From contig OZ024741.1 of the NCBI GenBank assembly GCA_964016885.1, positions 170,872,001 through 170,936,000 on the forward strand: a stretch of 64,000 nt of DNA, in the 5' to 3' direction. The stretch comes from Eledone cirrhosa (taxonomy: Eukaryota). Shown here piece by piece: positions 17,004-33,266 of this stretch. The position numbers were made by a program, and so were the translations under genes. Position 1 is the first letter of the stretch, and the number at the start of each line of letters is the position of its first letter. The notes beneath the pieces are model-generated. The model was given only the letters and a program-made list of their open reading frames with translations, made no database searches and was not told where the DNA came from.

Positions 17004-17182
17004 TGTAAGTATAGTATATTTAGCAATATACCGTATGTTTAATTAAAAACATTTAAAAGACCATTCGCTAACAGTTTTAAAGTAATGACTATGTCACTTA
17101 CTTATATTTTCGGCAAAGGATTAGAGAGTGGCTGACAGCTGAATCTCGCTGCTTGGGGTTTATCAAAGCCACGCACTCAAAC

Positions 17183-17225
<43 letters not shown>

Positions 17226-17930
17226 GTTTAGAAGCTTTCGCCATAGTCTCGATTGCAGAAATTAGTCTGATAACTAAATATCTCTATATTGCCTTACCTT
17301 TGTGGGAGTAACGGAAAATGGGAAATGTACATGGATCATACCAGCGTCACTTTTTATATATCTGCGCATGCATTCATTCAGCATATGAAATACTTGAGGT
17401 GCATTGGCAAGGAAAATTTCCCCTACTCTTGCCGATTTATCTGGTGACTTGCGGACTAATCAAGTTAGTTCTACAACATCACATATCTCATTCATGGCAA
17501 AGCTGTTCCTTACTCATCTTTATTTGCGGTTTTTCATGAACTGAAAGGCTACAGATAATGTGTAGTTTACGGCTTCCACTAGAAAGAACACCGAGAAAAG
17601 CAGCTCCTTGCGAAATCCAAACCATTGGCTCCTAAGAAACAGAAACAAAACGTCCTTAGGTCCATCTGAAAGAAATACAAGTTCAAGGATGATAAAGCGT
17701 ATCCTCACACCACGGTAACTAACGTTCAGCAAATATCAGCAAGTAACATTACGCTGCTGTCAGAGTAACAGCTGAATTGAGACCTTAAACTCAACACCGA
17801 CTGATTCACTCCTCCGGACAGCCGACATTCCTATGTGAATCAATAAGCAAGAGCATTTCTGGCCGCTGGTCGTTAAACACAAAAAATTGACCTGTTGTAG
17901 CCAATGGTGTCTTTATATAATTATTCCTTG

Positions 17931-17966
<36 letters not shown>

Positions 17967-18547
17967 ACATATATATATATATATATATAAAGATAGACGC
18001 CATGACAGGCCTTGGAGTCGACTGGAAAATCTCAAAGTCTACATTTAGACTTGAAAACCGATTAAATGTATTTATAATTTTTCAATTTTCGAGGAAATCC
18101 GTATTTGTCATGCTTACATATCTATTGAAAATGCATAAATGTAGATACAGATTTATGGAGGCTCGGGTATTTTTATTTTGAATTTATTCTGATTAAATCT
18201 ATCATACACTTTGCCTGCTTAGCGCACAAATTAACATGTGTCTTAACTCACTGGCAATATGAGCACTAATATTCAAATGTGTAGGTCCATTTCAAGATAC
18301 TACTTTGGGTGATATAGGTAAATAACCGCCGGAATTACGTATATCTTTGTGTTTGTGTAGATGGTATTTCTTTTGATGAATGACAAGTTAGGCTTGAAAA
18401 CTTATGTCCATATAATAAAAATATGTAAATTCAAATACACATTTATGCAGTTTCGATTAGTTCTGTTCTGTATGTATACATATATGATTTTATCTTATAT
18501 TTCAGCCTCTTAGCGAACAAACTGATAGATACATGTGTGTGTGTGTG

Positions 18548-18614
<67 letters not shown>

Positions 18615-18955
18615 AAGAGAGAGAGAGACCTGTTTTAAAGTAGTTTTGTAAATGGAAATGACCATTTTGCAAATATACATAAGTTATAGCCAATAGTTTG
18701 ATTTATAAATTGTTTGTCAGCCAAAGACCTTAATCTGCTGAAGTCACTTATACTTGGTATTAAAGGTAACTCAAGAATTGTTTGAGGCTCCCTGGCGGCA
18801 GATTGGCGGCTAAACTCATTAATAGGGTCTGATTACGTATAATTATACTTCAAACCGTTATATTCCGGGATTATATTATCTGCAACAATTTGTAAGTTCT
18901 TCATCACAGTTTCGAAATTGCTCATTTTATACATATGGCAACAAAATAATATTCC

Positions 18956-18956
<1 letters not shown>

Positions 18957-18991
<35 letters not shown>

Positions 18992-19005
18992 AAGTAGTAG
19001 TAGTA

Positions 19006-19042
<37 letters not shown>

Positions 19043-19043
19043 A

Positions 19044-19107
<64 letters not shown>

Positions 19108-19145
19108 AGCAGCAGCAGCAGAAGCAGTAGCAGCAGTAGTAGTAC
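18957..19145. repeat. (TAG)n/(CAG)n microsatellite
   Basis: Read directly from sequence. Confidence 0.95.
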
Positions 19146-19740
19146 TAATTCTGTCTTATCCAACAAAAAATAACCCAGAAAACTGAACAAAATATATAAA
19201 TAAATAAAATAAATAAATAAACAAAATAAATAAATACATACATGAATAAATAAACATTGAGAAAATATATTGAACAGAAAAAGGTTAGCATCAAGTGTTG
19301 TCACTTGCGCAACTTGTGCATATCAGAAATCAATAGTAACGTATGAAATCAATAACAACTCATCTTATTTGGATACTTCATAAAGTACAGTTTTAATTGC
19401 AGTAAATAACAAAAAGGAAAGAAAAGTTTCCTTCAAAATATCAAAATATAATATTATGTGGGTGTATGTGGGCGTCTGGTTGAATATATATGTTTATTTA
19501 AAGGAATGTATGTATGTTCTTCTGGTTTTATAATTTCACAAATTTTTTCCCAATAAAGAGAGTCGGTTTCTAACATAGACACAATACTTTCTCATTGGAA
19601 TTTACGCAACATCAACTAAGTAGATTATGTATGCATGCATGTGTAGATATGGATGTAGTTGTATGTGTGGATGTGTATGTTTTGACTTGTATGTGTGCAT
19701 GTGTATATGCTTTGCATATGTACATGTGTATATGCAGTTA

Positions 19741-22700
19741 TTAGATGCAACATTTTTGGAATGTTTTACATATTTTTACTGTTCCATTAATGAATTGTAC
19801 TTGTAATTTCCTAACTAGTCGTGTTCTTTCTGTTCCTGTGAAGCCCAGCTTCTCAAGATTTGTATTGAGGCAGTTACTAACATACCCCAGTGACTCAATA
19901 ATCACAGGCACAAATCTGAAGGTGTAATCAGGATGGAGTATCTGCAGATTTCTCATTAGTTCTGCATAAATATTCTCCTTTTCGCTAATCTTTGATATTA
20001 TATTGGCATCTGCTGGGCAGCCAATTTCCACTGGGCAGCTAATTCCACCACTGTGCATGCTTTCTTATCCCTGTCACATATCATAATATCTGGTCTGCTA
20101 TGCCTGCATTTTATTGGGTTTTTTACTGGAACATCCGACCAGCACTCTTTCATATTATGTACATTGATGTCTTCCACATTGCTTTTAATGTGTTTATTAT
20201 CGGGGCTATCTTTTTTGCGAACTGCATTGTACAGTGTTTTGGCCACTACATCATGCCTCATAGATAGATAGTACCGCGATGACATCTTTGGACAGCTGCT
20301 GATGACATGGGTGAAATCCTCGATGTTAGTTCTGCAGAATCTGCACTTGTTATCACATCTAAGTGTTTTGCCTGCATCCCTATCTCTTTTGTGAATCAGG
20401 TATTTCGTGTTAATTTCCTGTTCTTGGATTGCAAAAGCGTATCCTTCAAAGTGGAATCCAATATAGCGGTTGTTGGTCGGTCCAAGATATACTACTTTCC
20501 TTATCTATATTACTCTCACTCTGGAGCTTCCTGGCAACATATCCATGCATGATATTTTGCTGATAAGCATGCATTTTTTCATCCATGGATTCACTGCGAT
20601 ACTGCTGAGCGACTTCGCTGGGTGTGAGTTTTGAGTATCACACAGGGAATATCTGTCGAGGAGTTCCTTACCAACTCTCATGATCTTATCTGTTTCATGC
20701 AGATAGACTTGCTCAAGGACCGGGTTCCTACGCTTCGAGGTTCGTAGATGTTGTCGGAGAGATATGATGCGAATTCAAATGTCGTCTGGACTGATGTTAG
20801 GCCTCTGCCTCCCTGCTTACATTTCAAGTAAAGGCGGTCTATGTCACTGTTGATGAGGAAGTTTCCGGTGTTGTTTAGTATTTTTCGAGTTCCAACATCA
20901 ACTGCTCGGATTTCGTCTATCGTCCAATTGAGTATTCCAAACGTTGGTGTTAGGACGGACACAGCAAACACATTGTGAGCCACTGTTTTGTTTTGCACGG
21001 GTGTAGTATTCCCTGGTTACGCGTTCTTTATTACAGATACCATCATAGGATATGTTCTCATCTATCCCCATGTATCTGTAGCAGTCCTCATCAGATATCG
21101 GTGAAACAGTTCGACCTTTGATGACAATGTTGCTAGATTGGGTTGTTGTTTTTTCTCGCTTTACAGTCATGTATGAGCATTTATCTTGGCCAAACTCCAT
21201 TCCTATATCCTTTGAGAACGTTGTAACCAGGTCAAGATTTTTCTTCATCCCATCCATGTTATTGACATAGAGTTTCAGATCGTCCACAAAGAAATTATGG
21301 GTTAGGTTCGTATTTCTGTCCTCCTGTGAGCCAATGATGTATGCCTCACATTTCTTGAGCAGAAAGGAAAAGGGGTTTAATAACAAGATGAATAATATCA
21401 CAGAGAGACTGTTCCGCTGAAATATACCTCTGCAATATTTTATTTTAAAAGTGAAAATAGAGTCCTCCCTATCTGTCTTTTACCTTAGGATAGTAGCTGA
21501 AGAAGAAGACAGCCTCTCTATGGCTCTGACAATGATGTCTGGGACTTTACCAAGCTGGAGGGCCTCTATCATCTAAGAGTGGGGAACAGAATCGAAAGCT
21601 TCCTTGTAGTCCAGTCAGACTGTAGCCATATTCCTCCTAGGTTGTCGCACCTCCGACATCGCCGTTTTGGTGATTAGGAGTTGTTCAGCACTTCCCCAAA
21701 CCCCTTTCTTTCCAGCTGCTTGTTCATCTGTGATTATGATATTATTTTCACAGTGATCTTCGAGGAATACGTTCAGGCAAGCTATATACATCAAGTTCTG
21801 GCATGCAATGCGTCGGTAGATTTTGCCAAGTGGGTGTCTTTGTTCTTGGGGACCAGTAATGTTTGTGCTAATGTCAACCATTCTGGTATAAGTGTATCTC
21901 CCTTAAGAACTTGTTGGTAGAGGTCAGTAATATACCTCCTATAGAATTTCAGTGTTTTGTGCCAGTAGCCGACAATCATGTCTCTTCCTGGTGTTTTCTT
22001 ATCTTGGAGTTTTCCTATCACAGTCTCAAGATTACCCTCACTTATTTCGTATGTTTTTGTTGTAGTGTAGGAGCAATAGTTCTTTCGGATTTCTTTTAGC
22101 CACACTGCATCTTGGTTGAAATTTTTCTTTTCACCCCATATTTTTTTCCAAAAGAAATCTATGTCTTTCTGGGATGGGACTTCAGTGACACTTATTATTT
22201 TGTTCTTCATATCTCTATAGACTGATGTTTGGTTTCGTCTGAATCTTTTATAAAGCATTTTTCTCTCATCCACCTTCTTCAGGTATCGGCGTTTTTTGCT
22301 AACAGCTCTCAATTCTTGTTTGAGCTTATATTGCAGAGTTCTGGTTCTACTGTTACCAAACATCGTCTCTATTTTATTTTTCACTCTTCGTTGGTGAGGA
22401 GTGAGGTTTTTTTGTGTTTGTTTGTATGTAAGAAGCATTGTCACATATCCTATGTTTTTTTGTAGGTCAGCAATCCTTTTTTCTATTTTAGTTATATATG
22501 ATGGTATTTTTGGTGGTGTTCTATTCTTGTTAATATCTCTGCTATCACTAAGATAATGTTTCACTGTCATTGCTAAGGCATATAAACAGTCGTTGATTTG
22601 ACAAAATGTTGGGTTTTTTATCCGTCGTAAATATTCATGCCCCCATTTCGTCAATAACGCGTAATATTTCATTATTTGTTTTTTTATTAAACATTGTCGT

Positions 22701-23385
22701 TTTAATACGTTCAGTGAGAGAGATATTTATACATGAATTAATTTCTCTCTGGAAGATTAAGTTGAGGGAAAATTTCAATTGTTTATACTTTTGATTAATA
22801 TCATTATCGATAGTATTTTCCCCAACAGTCGAGGTAGACTCAGATGGTACACGTGGTGTCAAATTTCTTCGATTATTATTATTATCGATAGTCTTTTCCC
22901 CAGCATTCGAGGTAGACTTAGATGGTACAAGTGGTGTCAAGTTTCTTACAGGCATAGTTGTTTCAAGGGACTGTTCGACATGGCTGCTAGGAAGTCTAGT
23001 AGCATGGCGATCTGTAGCACGTGTTGTTGATCCCATGTTTGATGTGGGGGACTTACAGCTAATAATATTTATCTTATTTTTACGTTCAACAAACGTCACT
23101 TGTTTGCGTAATTGTTTCGCTGTGAAACAATTTAGCTCTGGGTGCATTTCGTCCAAATGTAGCTTCATTCTATTCATATAGCCAATGGAGGGATTGTTTT
23201 TGCCATTTTATAACAATTAAATAAATCATTATTAAGTTCGCAACTCCAAGAGAAATGCGATTTATAATTTCGGTCCCTTCTGTAGCTACAAATGAATAAA
23301 GTTTGTTTACCTTTCTTGCTGGTTGTCTTCGATACTTCCTTAATTGTGTTGTTGATGTTGTGTTCAGCCATGCTGTTTGTAGCAA
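19741..23385 (-). mobile_element. R4/Dong-like non-LTR retrotransposon (RT plus restriction-like endonuclease), near full length, frameshifted
   Basis: R4-type N-terminus MKLHLDEMHPEL; GIFQ..SLSVILF and FFVDDLKLY; CRFC...H...C knuckle, RHDVV, RPDIM...VE. Confidence 0.85.
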
Positions 23386-24093
23386 ATCCTTGTAAAATGA
23401 ATTATGTATTTAGTCGGATATCTCTACGAATTCGAATAAAAGGTGTCTTCAGAAGATATAGTTAGGTGAATATAAATTCACCTAAAAACTCCATACAACA
23501 CAACTCAACATATAATTTTTACATTCCTTTTAAACTTAACTATATCATATACATTCAACTATCAATATAACAATCCCTTTTTTCATCATAGGTTCTTTAT
23601 AGCAATTCTATTTTTAACACCATTCAACCATTCCTTTCAAAGGGTCATGACCACAACTAAAGTAAGTTATTTTTCATCTTAACATCATATGGGAAAAAAA
23701 CAATTTGATTGGTTTATTCTTCAGCTACCTCCAAATAAGTTCATAGAACTCAATTTACTACTGATTTTGAATAAAATTCTCATTGCTTTTGACAAGAGTT
23801 GATGATATACATGTAAGTAAATATATTCCTTATCTGATATTTTGTAAGTAACCTTACATAGATCGATAACGAAATATGCGTACGATGTATTATTATCACC
23901 TAGAAACGATCGAAAAGCAGTGAAGTATATTTTTTATGACTTGAATTTTTATTTCATTGTTTTAACTTATATCATAACTCTGTTTTCCTTTTGATGTTTT
24001 ATTGTATTCCGGGATTTATTTTAACCTACAACATTTTCATCATATGGATTACATTGAGTTCTTCATGACCCTACAACTTAGCGTGGATATTTC

Positions 24094-24172
<79 letters not shown>

Positions 24173-24344
24173 ATGCATTGTACCGATTGTGTTGTTATTT
24201 CTGTTTACCTTTTACATACATATATATATATATATACATACACACACATACAAACATGCATATATATATATACATACATACAAACAAGCATATGCAGAAA
24301 TATATCTTTACAAATGTGCATATGTTCGCATGCACACATACATT

Positions 24345-25302
24345 CATATATGGTGGCTTTTTGCTCCATGCAGAACTTGAGTTTTTCTTGTAGCTACAAG
24401 AAAAACTCATGCTCTCTCCTAGCGTGAGATCTTAAATAACTTTTGGACCCTGAAATGTGTTTGAAGAGCAGAAAGCAAATTCTCTAGTAATGTCTCATTT
24501 CAGCATTTGTTCCATTTTCCGCTTGTTTATTATGAATGTTCAACTTCTGCTCAAATCCTCCACCCGACCTGCTGTTGTTTTTTTTATAGCAAATATGGCA
24601 TTGAAACTGGTCACCCGGAATGAAATTCCAATAATTCATGTGTGCCTTTCTCGAATATTTGCGCTGCTGCGGTCGAAGACCAGCGTGATATGCCAATTCT
24701 TAAGGCATACACTACACATGTTTCATACAAAAATAATCTTTATAATTTTAAAATATTCATGACCTATGAATGATTGCGGAAATGTTGAATACATTAAGAC
24801 AGTTTTTCTTGACAACCTTGCCACTGAGAAGTTGGCTGGTCAATATAACTTCTAAACTTCCCAATGGGAAGAAAAAAAATTACATAAAAACACAGATACA
24901 TGACAGTTGCATGCTGGTTTCGAGAATTGCTTTTTTTCTAATACATGAATGGCACGAACATGACCTTTTAGCCCCGTCAAGAACTTAGATTCCTTTCTTC
25001 ATATGATGGAGTGAAAAAAAAAAGGCCATGTTCGTGCTTCACATAAGAAAGTCGTTCGGATTAACTGACTGTTTGAAGCTATTTTAAGTGAAGAAAAGCC
25101 TTGCGAATACCACTCTTAGAACACCAGTGGTAGGTTTCTGAAAAGAAGAACAGGTTATATCACTAGTTGACATCGAGTCGTATGTTTTACATTAGAGTTT
25201 TCTTTCTAGAAATATGTCTTAATAAACAACAAGGGCCTCTCACGCCCGGTGGGCAAACCGCGCGCTCCAGCATGGATCCGAATATTTCAATGTCCCTGCG
25301 CA
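24345..25302 (-). mobile_element. Bipartite RTE-like element with internal insertion
   Basis: Ends resemble the 7460 copy (ATGGTGGCT...ATGTCCCTGCGCATACAT); perfect 32-bp palindrome at 24378-24409. Confidence 0.45.
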
Positions 25303-25334
25303 TACATACTTACATACATACATGCATGATAGTG

Positions 25335-25540
25335 ATGATGGCTGCCCCCTTGTTATCGAGTATGGCCATTGCATGATATACCATTATTAATAATTATTAA
25401 TTAATTGTATCGTGCAATACCTGTGCGTGAATATATTTTTTTAAAGTGAGGAAAGACTGTGCACTGAGCCAATCCCACTCTCTGATCGACAGTAGCTATA
25501 ACCTGAAAAGAAGAAAAGATCAACATCATCGGTAACTACA
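25335..25540 (-). mobile_element. Bipartite RTE-like element, truncated
   Basis: Closely similar to 7460-7665. Confidence 0.65.
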
Positions 25541-26029
25541 GGTCCAAAGATATGGAAATGACATATGAAATGCCTAATATTTTGTTATACATACATACAT
25601 ACAACGCTAATGGTTACCGTTGTGGTCAGTCCAATGATCGAACGTATGTAATTACGGCTTATATGAAGGCAACATGCCCTATATTGGAAAGGTTGAGCTA
25701 CATATCGCGGTAAGATTACATACAAATATTCTTGCGTAACTGTGAATATTTTGCAAACGTTACATAGATTTTAATTTATAAATACAGCGTTGTTATATTA
25801 CATTCATAAAGAAATATACTAAGTAATGTTACGAAATAATTCACCCCCCCACCCCCCCAAAAAGCTAAATACAAACGTTTATAATAGAGTTGTAGAATTA
25901 AAAACTAGCTGAAAGTAAATATTACCCAAGCTGTAAACAACTTCAAATTTAATTATGACAAAACTTTATCGAAACTTTTAAAGATCAACGTCTATTTTAA
26001 AAAATAAATGCTAAATATTAGTGAATAGA

Positions 26030-29000
26030 CGAACTCATCATAGCAAAATGTATAGGTCTCCTTCGACCAAATCGCAACTACAATCATTGTATACAATGGA
26101 GCTACGACCTCAACAAATATTTATACGAAGCATATAAACGATGTGACACCCAAAGGTTCGATTTATGCAGAGGCTAAAAAATTTATGGAACTCCAAATAC
26201 CCGGAATTAGAATTTTCCCCCAAATATTTAAAGGAACGAGCCAAACGTTATAATTAGATGTAAATTGTTACATCTAACGAAACGGAGTGACACTATAAAG
26301 ACAGCCATTTAAGACAATCATCCCACATTCACTGACGGAGAGAGAGAATGGTCAGCTAAATCTAGCAGTAAACAACGTAGCTTAAATCCATGAATCTACT
26401 GTACAAACAGAACACAAAAAACTTGTGGACACCTTACAAGTGATATGGTATGATATGTTTCAAGATATAAACAGCATTAATGTGCGTGACAGACCATACA
26501 ACACCAGAATCAGTAAATAACCCACTAAATTGGAATTGGAAGCAGTGAACGACATAGCTGACAAATATCTGAAGGCTACATGGTCCAAAGATGTGGAAAC
26601 GACATATGAAATGCCTAATATTTTGTAATAAGATTCAGCTATCTCATTGCTATCCTATCATAAACGTCTAAAACCACGCAACCAAGATACAAACAGAAAG
26701 CCTGAACCAGCGTGGATTCGTAATTTAAAAAGATAAAATGTTGTCCCTGGGACGAAGTATCTCACAGATCGCTATAGTTATTAAATGCAACATAGAGAGC
26801 AACTTCACACGACATCAGGAAAACTTAAGAAAAATACTAGAGATTTAAAACTCTAAACTCTAAACTACACCAGCTGAAACAACAACTCACAGCTGCAGCA
26901 GAAAGACTAACGTATAAGTCAACAGCACATAAACGGCAAGTGCTAAAAAGATTATTTGCCAGAGATACTAAATCAGTTTATCGCAGCTTCATAGGAAAAG
27001 CTCAATCTCTGTTAACGACATCCCTAAAGAGAACAGGTTGAGAGCTGCTGAAGATCTATATTGGAAACGAATGACGGATTTAACAAAGAAACTAAAGGGC
27101 TAAAAGTACTGGAACAGGAATACTGCCAGCATGTCCAGACAAAACAATATAGCATAGATGGGTCAATACTGGAAACAGCTCTACAGAAAATGTCGAATAG
27201 GAATTCACCAGGCCCAGACTTCATAACAGGATACTGGCCGAAGAATTTCACCTTCTATCGGCAAGAGCTCATACGGCTGTTTAGAGAATCCATCAAAGCA
27301 CACAAGAACTGCCCCAGTGGTTATCAAATACCATTACTCTCCTCATCCCCCAAAATAGCCAAACCACCCTTGCTAAAATTTACCGTCCAATAGCCTGCCA
27401 GAACATCATGTATAAATTATACACTGGGTGCCTTTACAGGATCATTGTGTCACCAACAACATTATAAAACTTGAGCAAGCTGGTGGAAAGTAGGAGGTGT
27501 GGGCCTGCAAATAAAATGATACAGGGGAAAAGCAGCAAAGAATCGCAGGAAGATGACTGTGGTATGACTTGACTATCAGAAGGTTTTTGATAGTGTACCT
27601 CATGGGTGGATTATTAAGGCTTTACAGTTATCCAAAGTCCCACAACAACTAGTAGCTACTGCTGAACGCCTGAGCAAGAACTAGTACACAAATGTCATCC
27701 TTATGGATGAGAAGGAGCAAATTACAAGAAAGGCATCTTTCAGAGTGATATCTAATCAGTGCTGCTCTTCGTCCTCTCTCTAAACCCACCATCACACCTG
27801 CTCACAAAACAAAGTGGTCATAGAAGTGGCAATCCTAACACTAACATTTGGCCTGCTTAACTGATCATTGCAAGAACTGAGATGGATGTAAGAACTCGCA
27901 AACTCCTCAGTGTTAATGGAAAATTTAACATCAATCGTGGTGAGAATTGGCTATACTTCTCACGCAAGGAAGGTGGCCGGGGTCTAAAATACATACTAGC
28001 ATCATACGAGAACCGGATAGTAACACTGAAGCAACATGTTCAATAGAAGAAAAAGGTTAGCAACCATCTTGCCCTGGTGTATGAACATGAAGGAAATAAT
28101 GATTTCTACTATAGGCACAAGGCCAGCAATTGCTGGTACTTTATTTTATCGACCACTTAAGGATGAAAGGCAAAGTTAACCTCGGCGGGATTTGAACTCA
28201 GATGATAAAGGGCCGTAACTCTTTGCTGAAAAGCATGGCCTCAGACACTCTACCGATACTGCCAATCCACAGCATGAAGGAAATCATATCATTAGGATAG
28301 CCGACCATCTGGAGGAGAGATATGGAATAAGGCCTGATATATATCTCTCTCTCGGGGACATTGGAAGATCCTAATCAATGCTCCGACGCGATAAATAAAA
28401 TGGACCAATTTACAGAGAAGGTTGTGCATGGATACTTGAGACGAGAAACATAGGCCACAGAGAGGATAAATCATTCATAAAGCCTGGAATGGCGTTCCGA
28501 CAAGTTTATAACATCCCACGTTGAAGGATATCTCTATGCAATACAGGAACAAGAAATCCTTACCATATATCTGCTACACAACAGGAGAGGGCCACCGGTC
28601 AACAATAAATGTAGACTATGTAAAACAAAGATCGAAAATGTTAGCCATATTGTTGCCAACTGGGAAAGATTGTCGGCTCATCTCTGCCTCTCTATGAGAC
28701 ACGACGTGAGAGCTAGAACCATCTAGAAGACACTTCGGAAAACAAAATTAAAAACAAATGAGTAGGAATATGTTAAGATAAATGGCACTAAAGAATACTG
28801 GTGGAACCTCAAAATAAAAACTGTCACCAAATTAAAGCATAACCGGTCTGATATTATTGTTTGCGACTACACATCGAAAACGTGCTCTGTTGTAGAGATC
28901 AGCTGCCCACTTGTCAATATTGTAAGAAAAATAAGAGAGAAAGAGGACATCTATGTACCATTCATGAGGAGGTTGCAAATCCCGTATCCAAGATACACAT

Positions 29001-29250
29001 TCAGATTCATACCCATCGTTATTGGAGCTACAGATTATATACCAGCCCGCTTAGACCAAAGTATAACTGAACTTGGATTAGTGGAAAAAGAGCGCCGATC
29101 CCTAATTCATAGACTATAAATGGCTGCGATAGCTGGCACCTTCAAAATTTACAAAACATTCTTGTGATTCAAGGGATGAGACTTTCTTTTCATTGTCACC
29201 AGGAAGGTGGCCGGTCAAAAATGTACTCGAAACTAAGCGAAAGAGAAACA
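26030..29250 (+). mobile_element. R4/Dong-like non-LTR retrotransposon, heavily decayed
   Basis: SPGPDFITGYW, LDYQKVFDSVPH, GIFQSD, RKEGGRGL, AIQEQEI, CRLC, RHDV, IVIGA motifs; ends at (TACA)n. Confidence 0.8.
28101..28272 (-). mobile_element. tRNA-derived SINE inserted in the LINE, ~15-bp TSD
   Basis: CATGAAGGAAATAAT at 28086-28100 and CATGAAGGAAATCAT at 28273-28287. Confidence 0.85.
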
Positions 29251-29277
29251 TACATAAATTCATACATACATACATAC

Positions 29278-29495
29278 ATGATGGCTGCAAACTCTGCTAA
29301 GAGTATTGTAATAGCTTGTCAGATTATAGGGTTTGGTACACTTTTAGGCTACGGCCAGTCACACAAACCTGTAAGAGATCCTGAACAAGTAATGACTGTG
29401 CTTTCAAGGTTTTTTTAAGTGGGAAAAGGCCTTGCACTCGACCAATCCCCCTCTCTGAGCAGCGCAAACACTACCCAAAAAGGAGAACTACATAC
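29278..29495 (-). mobile_element. Bipartite RTE-like element, truncated
   Basis: (TACA)n-ATGATGGCTGC start; AAGTGGGAAAAGGCCTTGCAC..CCAATCCCCCTCTCT. Confidence 0.5.
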
Positions 29496-29629
29496 ATAAT
29501 TACATTAACAAATACATACATACATAAATACATACATAACGAAACATGCAGAAACGAATGAAAACACGCACATAAATGTATACAAACACAATGATATTGA
29601 CGCAACTAATCTTGAAATAAATCGTTGCT

Positions 29630-30773
<1,144 letters not shown>

Positions 30774-30840
30774 CCAAAGATTAATATGGTTCATTGATTA
30801 CTCAATAAATATAGTTTTAGAATAGATTAAAAGCACTGAA

Positions 30841-30950
30841 AAAACATTATATACTCTACTATGTATTGAGTACCGTAATTACTGTGGTTCCCCTCGATTG
30901 AACCCGGAATACACACACACCCTCACACACACACACTCACACCCTCAGAC

Positions 30951-31024
<74 letters not shown>

Positions 31025-31192
31025 CAGTGTGTCAGTGTGTGTGTGTGTCAGTGTGTGAGGGTGTATGTGTATCCCGGGTTCAATCGAGGGGAACCACAGT
31101 AATTACGGTACACAATACATAGTAGAGTATATAATGTTTAATATAGAAATGGCTTCTGCAGGACTAGAACTGTTTCATTCGAAGGAAATCAT
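30841..31192. repeat. Inverted duplication of the family B tail centred on (CA)n(TA)n(TG)n
   Basis: 30841-30912 vs 31064-31139; the right arm extends into a partial HHR. Confidence 0.85.
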
Positions 31193-31630
31193 ATATATGT
31201 ATATAAGTATATATGTATGTAAGTATATCAATCCTAAACGCTATTCCTGGGGGGTCTCTAATAGAATTAGCAGACTGTCCTGTAATGAGAGTATCTTCAA
31301 CTCCAATGCAGAGTATTATGACAGGGCCCTAGCAGAATCTGGTTACCGGAATGGATTATCATATATACATAAGGACTCCCAAACCACGAGTGTGAAACCT
31401 ACCAACATAATCACGCATAGTATGGCCACACAGCCTAACTTAGAGGCAAGAATAATAGTTAGAACCCTAATGGCGGTAACCCAGCTAAATGTAAACCACG
31501 TAGAGACAATAATAGAGTCCATCACCACAACTCTAAAGCAGCAAATGGTCATGCCATGAATATAAACCATCCGGACATAAGCAAAACAGACAGCGCCACT
31601 AACTTTAATAACGGAACCCTATAAAATAGT

Positions 31631-32473
31631 ATGCACAGTAACGAGACTGACCCCATAGATAAGAAAAATAGAAGAAGGAAAAACATGTATTTTAACCCAC
31701 CTTTTAACTCTGAGGTCCTTACTAACCTCCCCAGAGTATTCTTCTCATTATTAGAAAAAAACTTCCCACCAGGCAGTAGATATCGCAACATAATTAACAA
31801 AAACGTGATTAAATTATCCTATTCGACCACACCTAACCTCGCATCACACCTAGCACGCACGAACATTAGGAAAACTAGGGAAGGTTTCGAAGCAATTAAA
31901 ATGGCAGTTAACCACCAGCAACCGACTACACTGGAAAATGGGCAACATAATAGCATCACTGAGCCATCTAATGATATAGAGGCACTTAGTGATAATGCTA
32001 GTAACCAATGTTCGAGAGGTACGCTAACTGATCGAACCCGCAGTTGCAATTGTAGGCGGAGTAGTAATTGTCCCCTAAGGGGGGCTTGCTTCATGAAAAA
32101 CATCGTATATGCATGTGACGTAACCACACACAACTCTACCAAAACATATATAGGAGCAACGTCCAATACATTTAAAACTAGATTTAACGCGCATATGTAC
32201 ACATTTAGACACGATAGACATAAGAATGCCACCTCACTGGCGGGATACATCTCCTTCTTAAAAAATAATAGTACCCCATACAAACTTTTTTGGAGGAAGC
32301 TTACTAGATCCACACCATACCGACCGCAGAGCGGGAGTTGTGACCTGTGTTTGCTGGAATGCCATGCCATAATACACTCTCAACTGAAGCTGCTTAACAG
32401 AAAATCGGAAATTTTCTCCTCTTGCCAACACAAAATCCTGAGTTCCTTCTTCTATTTTAAACCTAGAACATAG
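31631..32473 (+). pseudogene. PLE linker plus GIY-YIG endonuclease
   Basis: YFNPPF, IKLSYSTTPN, CNCR..CPL.G.C, IVYAC...TYIG, CDLCLLE, LNRKSEI. Confidence 0.9.
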
Positions 32474-32630
32474 ACGTAACATATATTACGCAACCCCCAC
32501 CTAGACATACCCCTCCTTGAATATAGCTTCCCCCCAACCCATAACCCAGATAGATAGGTAGGGTGGAACAGACCCCTACAAGGTTGGTGTTTGTGTGCGT
32601 GCGTATGTGTGTGTCTGTGTGTGTATCCTT

Positions 32631-32687
<57 letters not shown>

Positions 32688-33266
32688 GACATGGGTATGT
32701 ATGTGTGCGTACGTGGGTGAATGCATGCATATGTGCGTGTATTGTATACATGTATATTGTATGTATATATATATATGTATATTGTATGCATCTGTATTAT
32801 ATTGTGTGTATGTGTATATGTGATATGTATGTGTATATGTATATGTATGTGTATATGTGTATGTGTGTGTGTATGATATGTATATGTGTGTGTATGTATG
32901 TATATTTTTTTCTGTAGAAGTCTTCTCTATATGTGGTATTTGGCATGAATTCCTCCTATAATACTCCTCTTTGAGAGGAGCACGATATGTGGAGTAACAC
33001 ATATGTATTGTCGCAGTTGAAACTGAGAACCACCACCCCTCCTGCTGACCCGAATGTTTACTGGGGACCAGAACACCATTCTCCACAATATAAGAGAGGA
33101 ATGCCCTTGCCGGACTATTGATGACCATAACATCACATTCCAAGGTAATGGCAAAACACAGTGAATAATAGACATGACCAGAACACCACAACATGCACAT
33201 CGGAGCAACAGAGATATAACATCAATAAGCGAGTCAATTGAATTTTTTGAGTTGAAATACATATAG

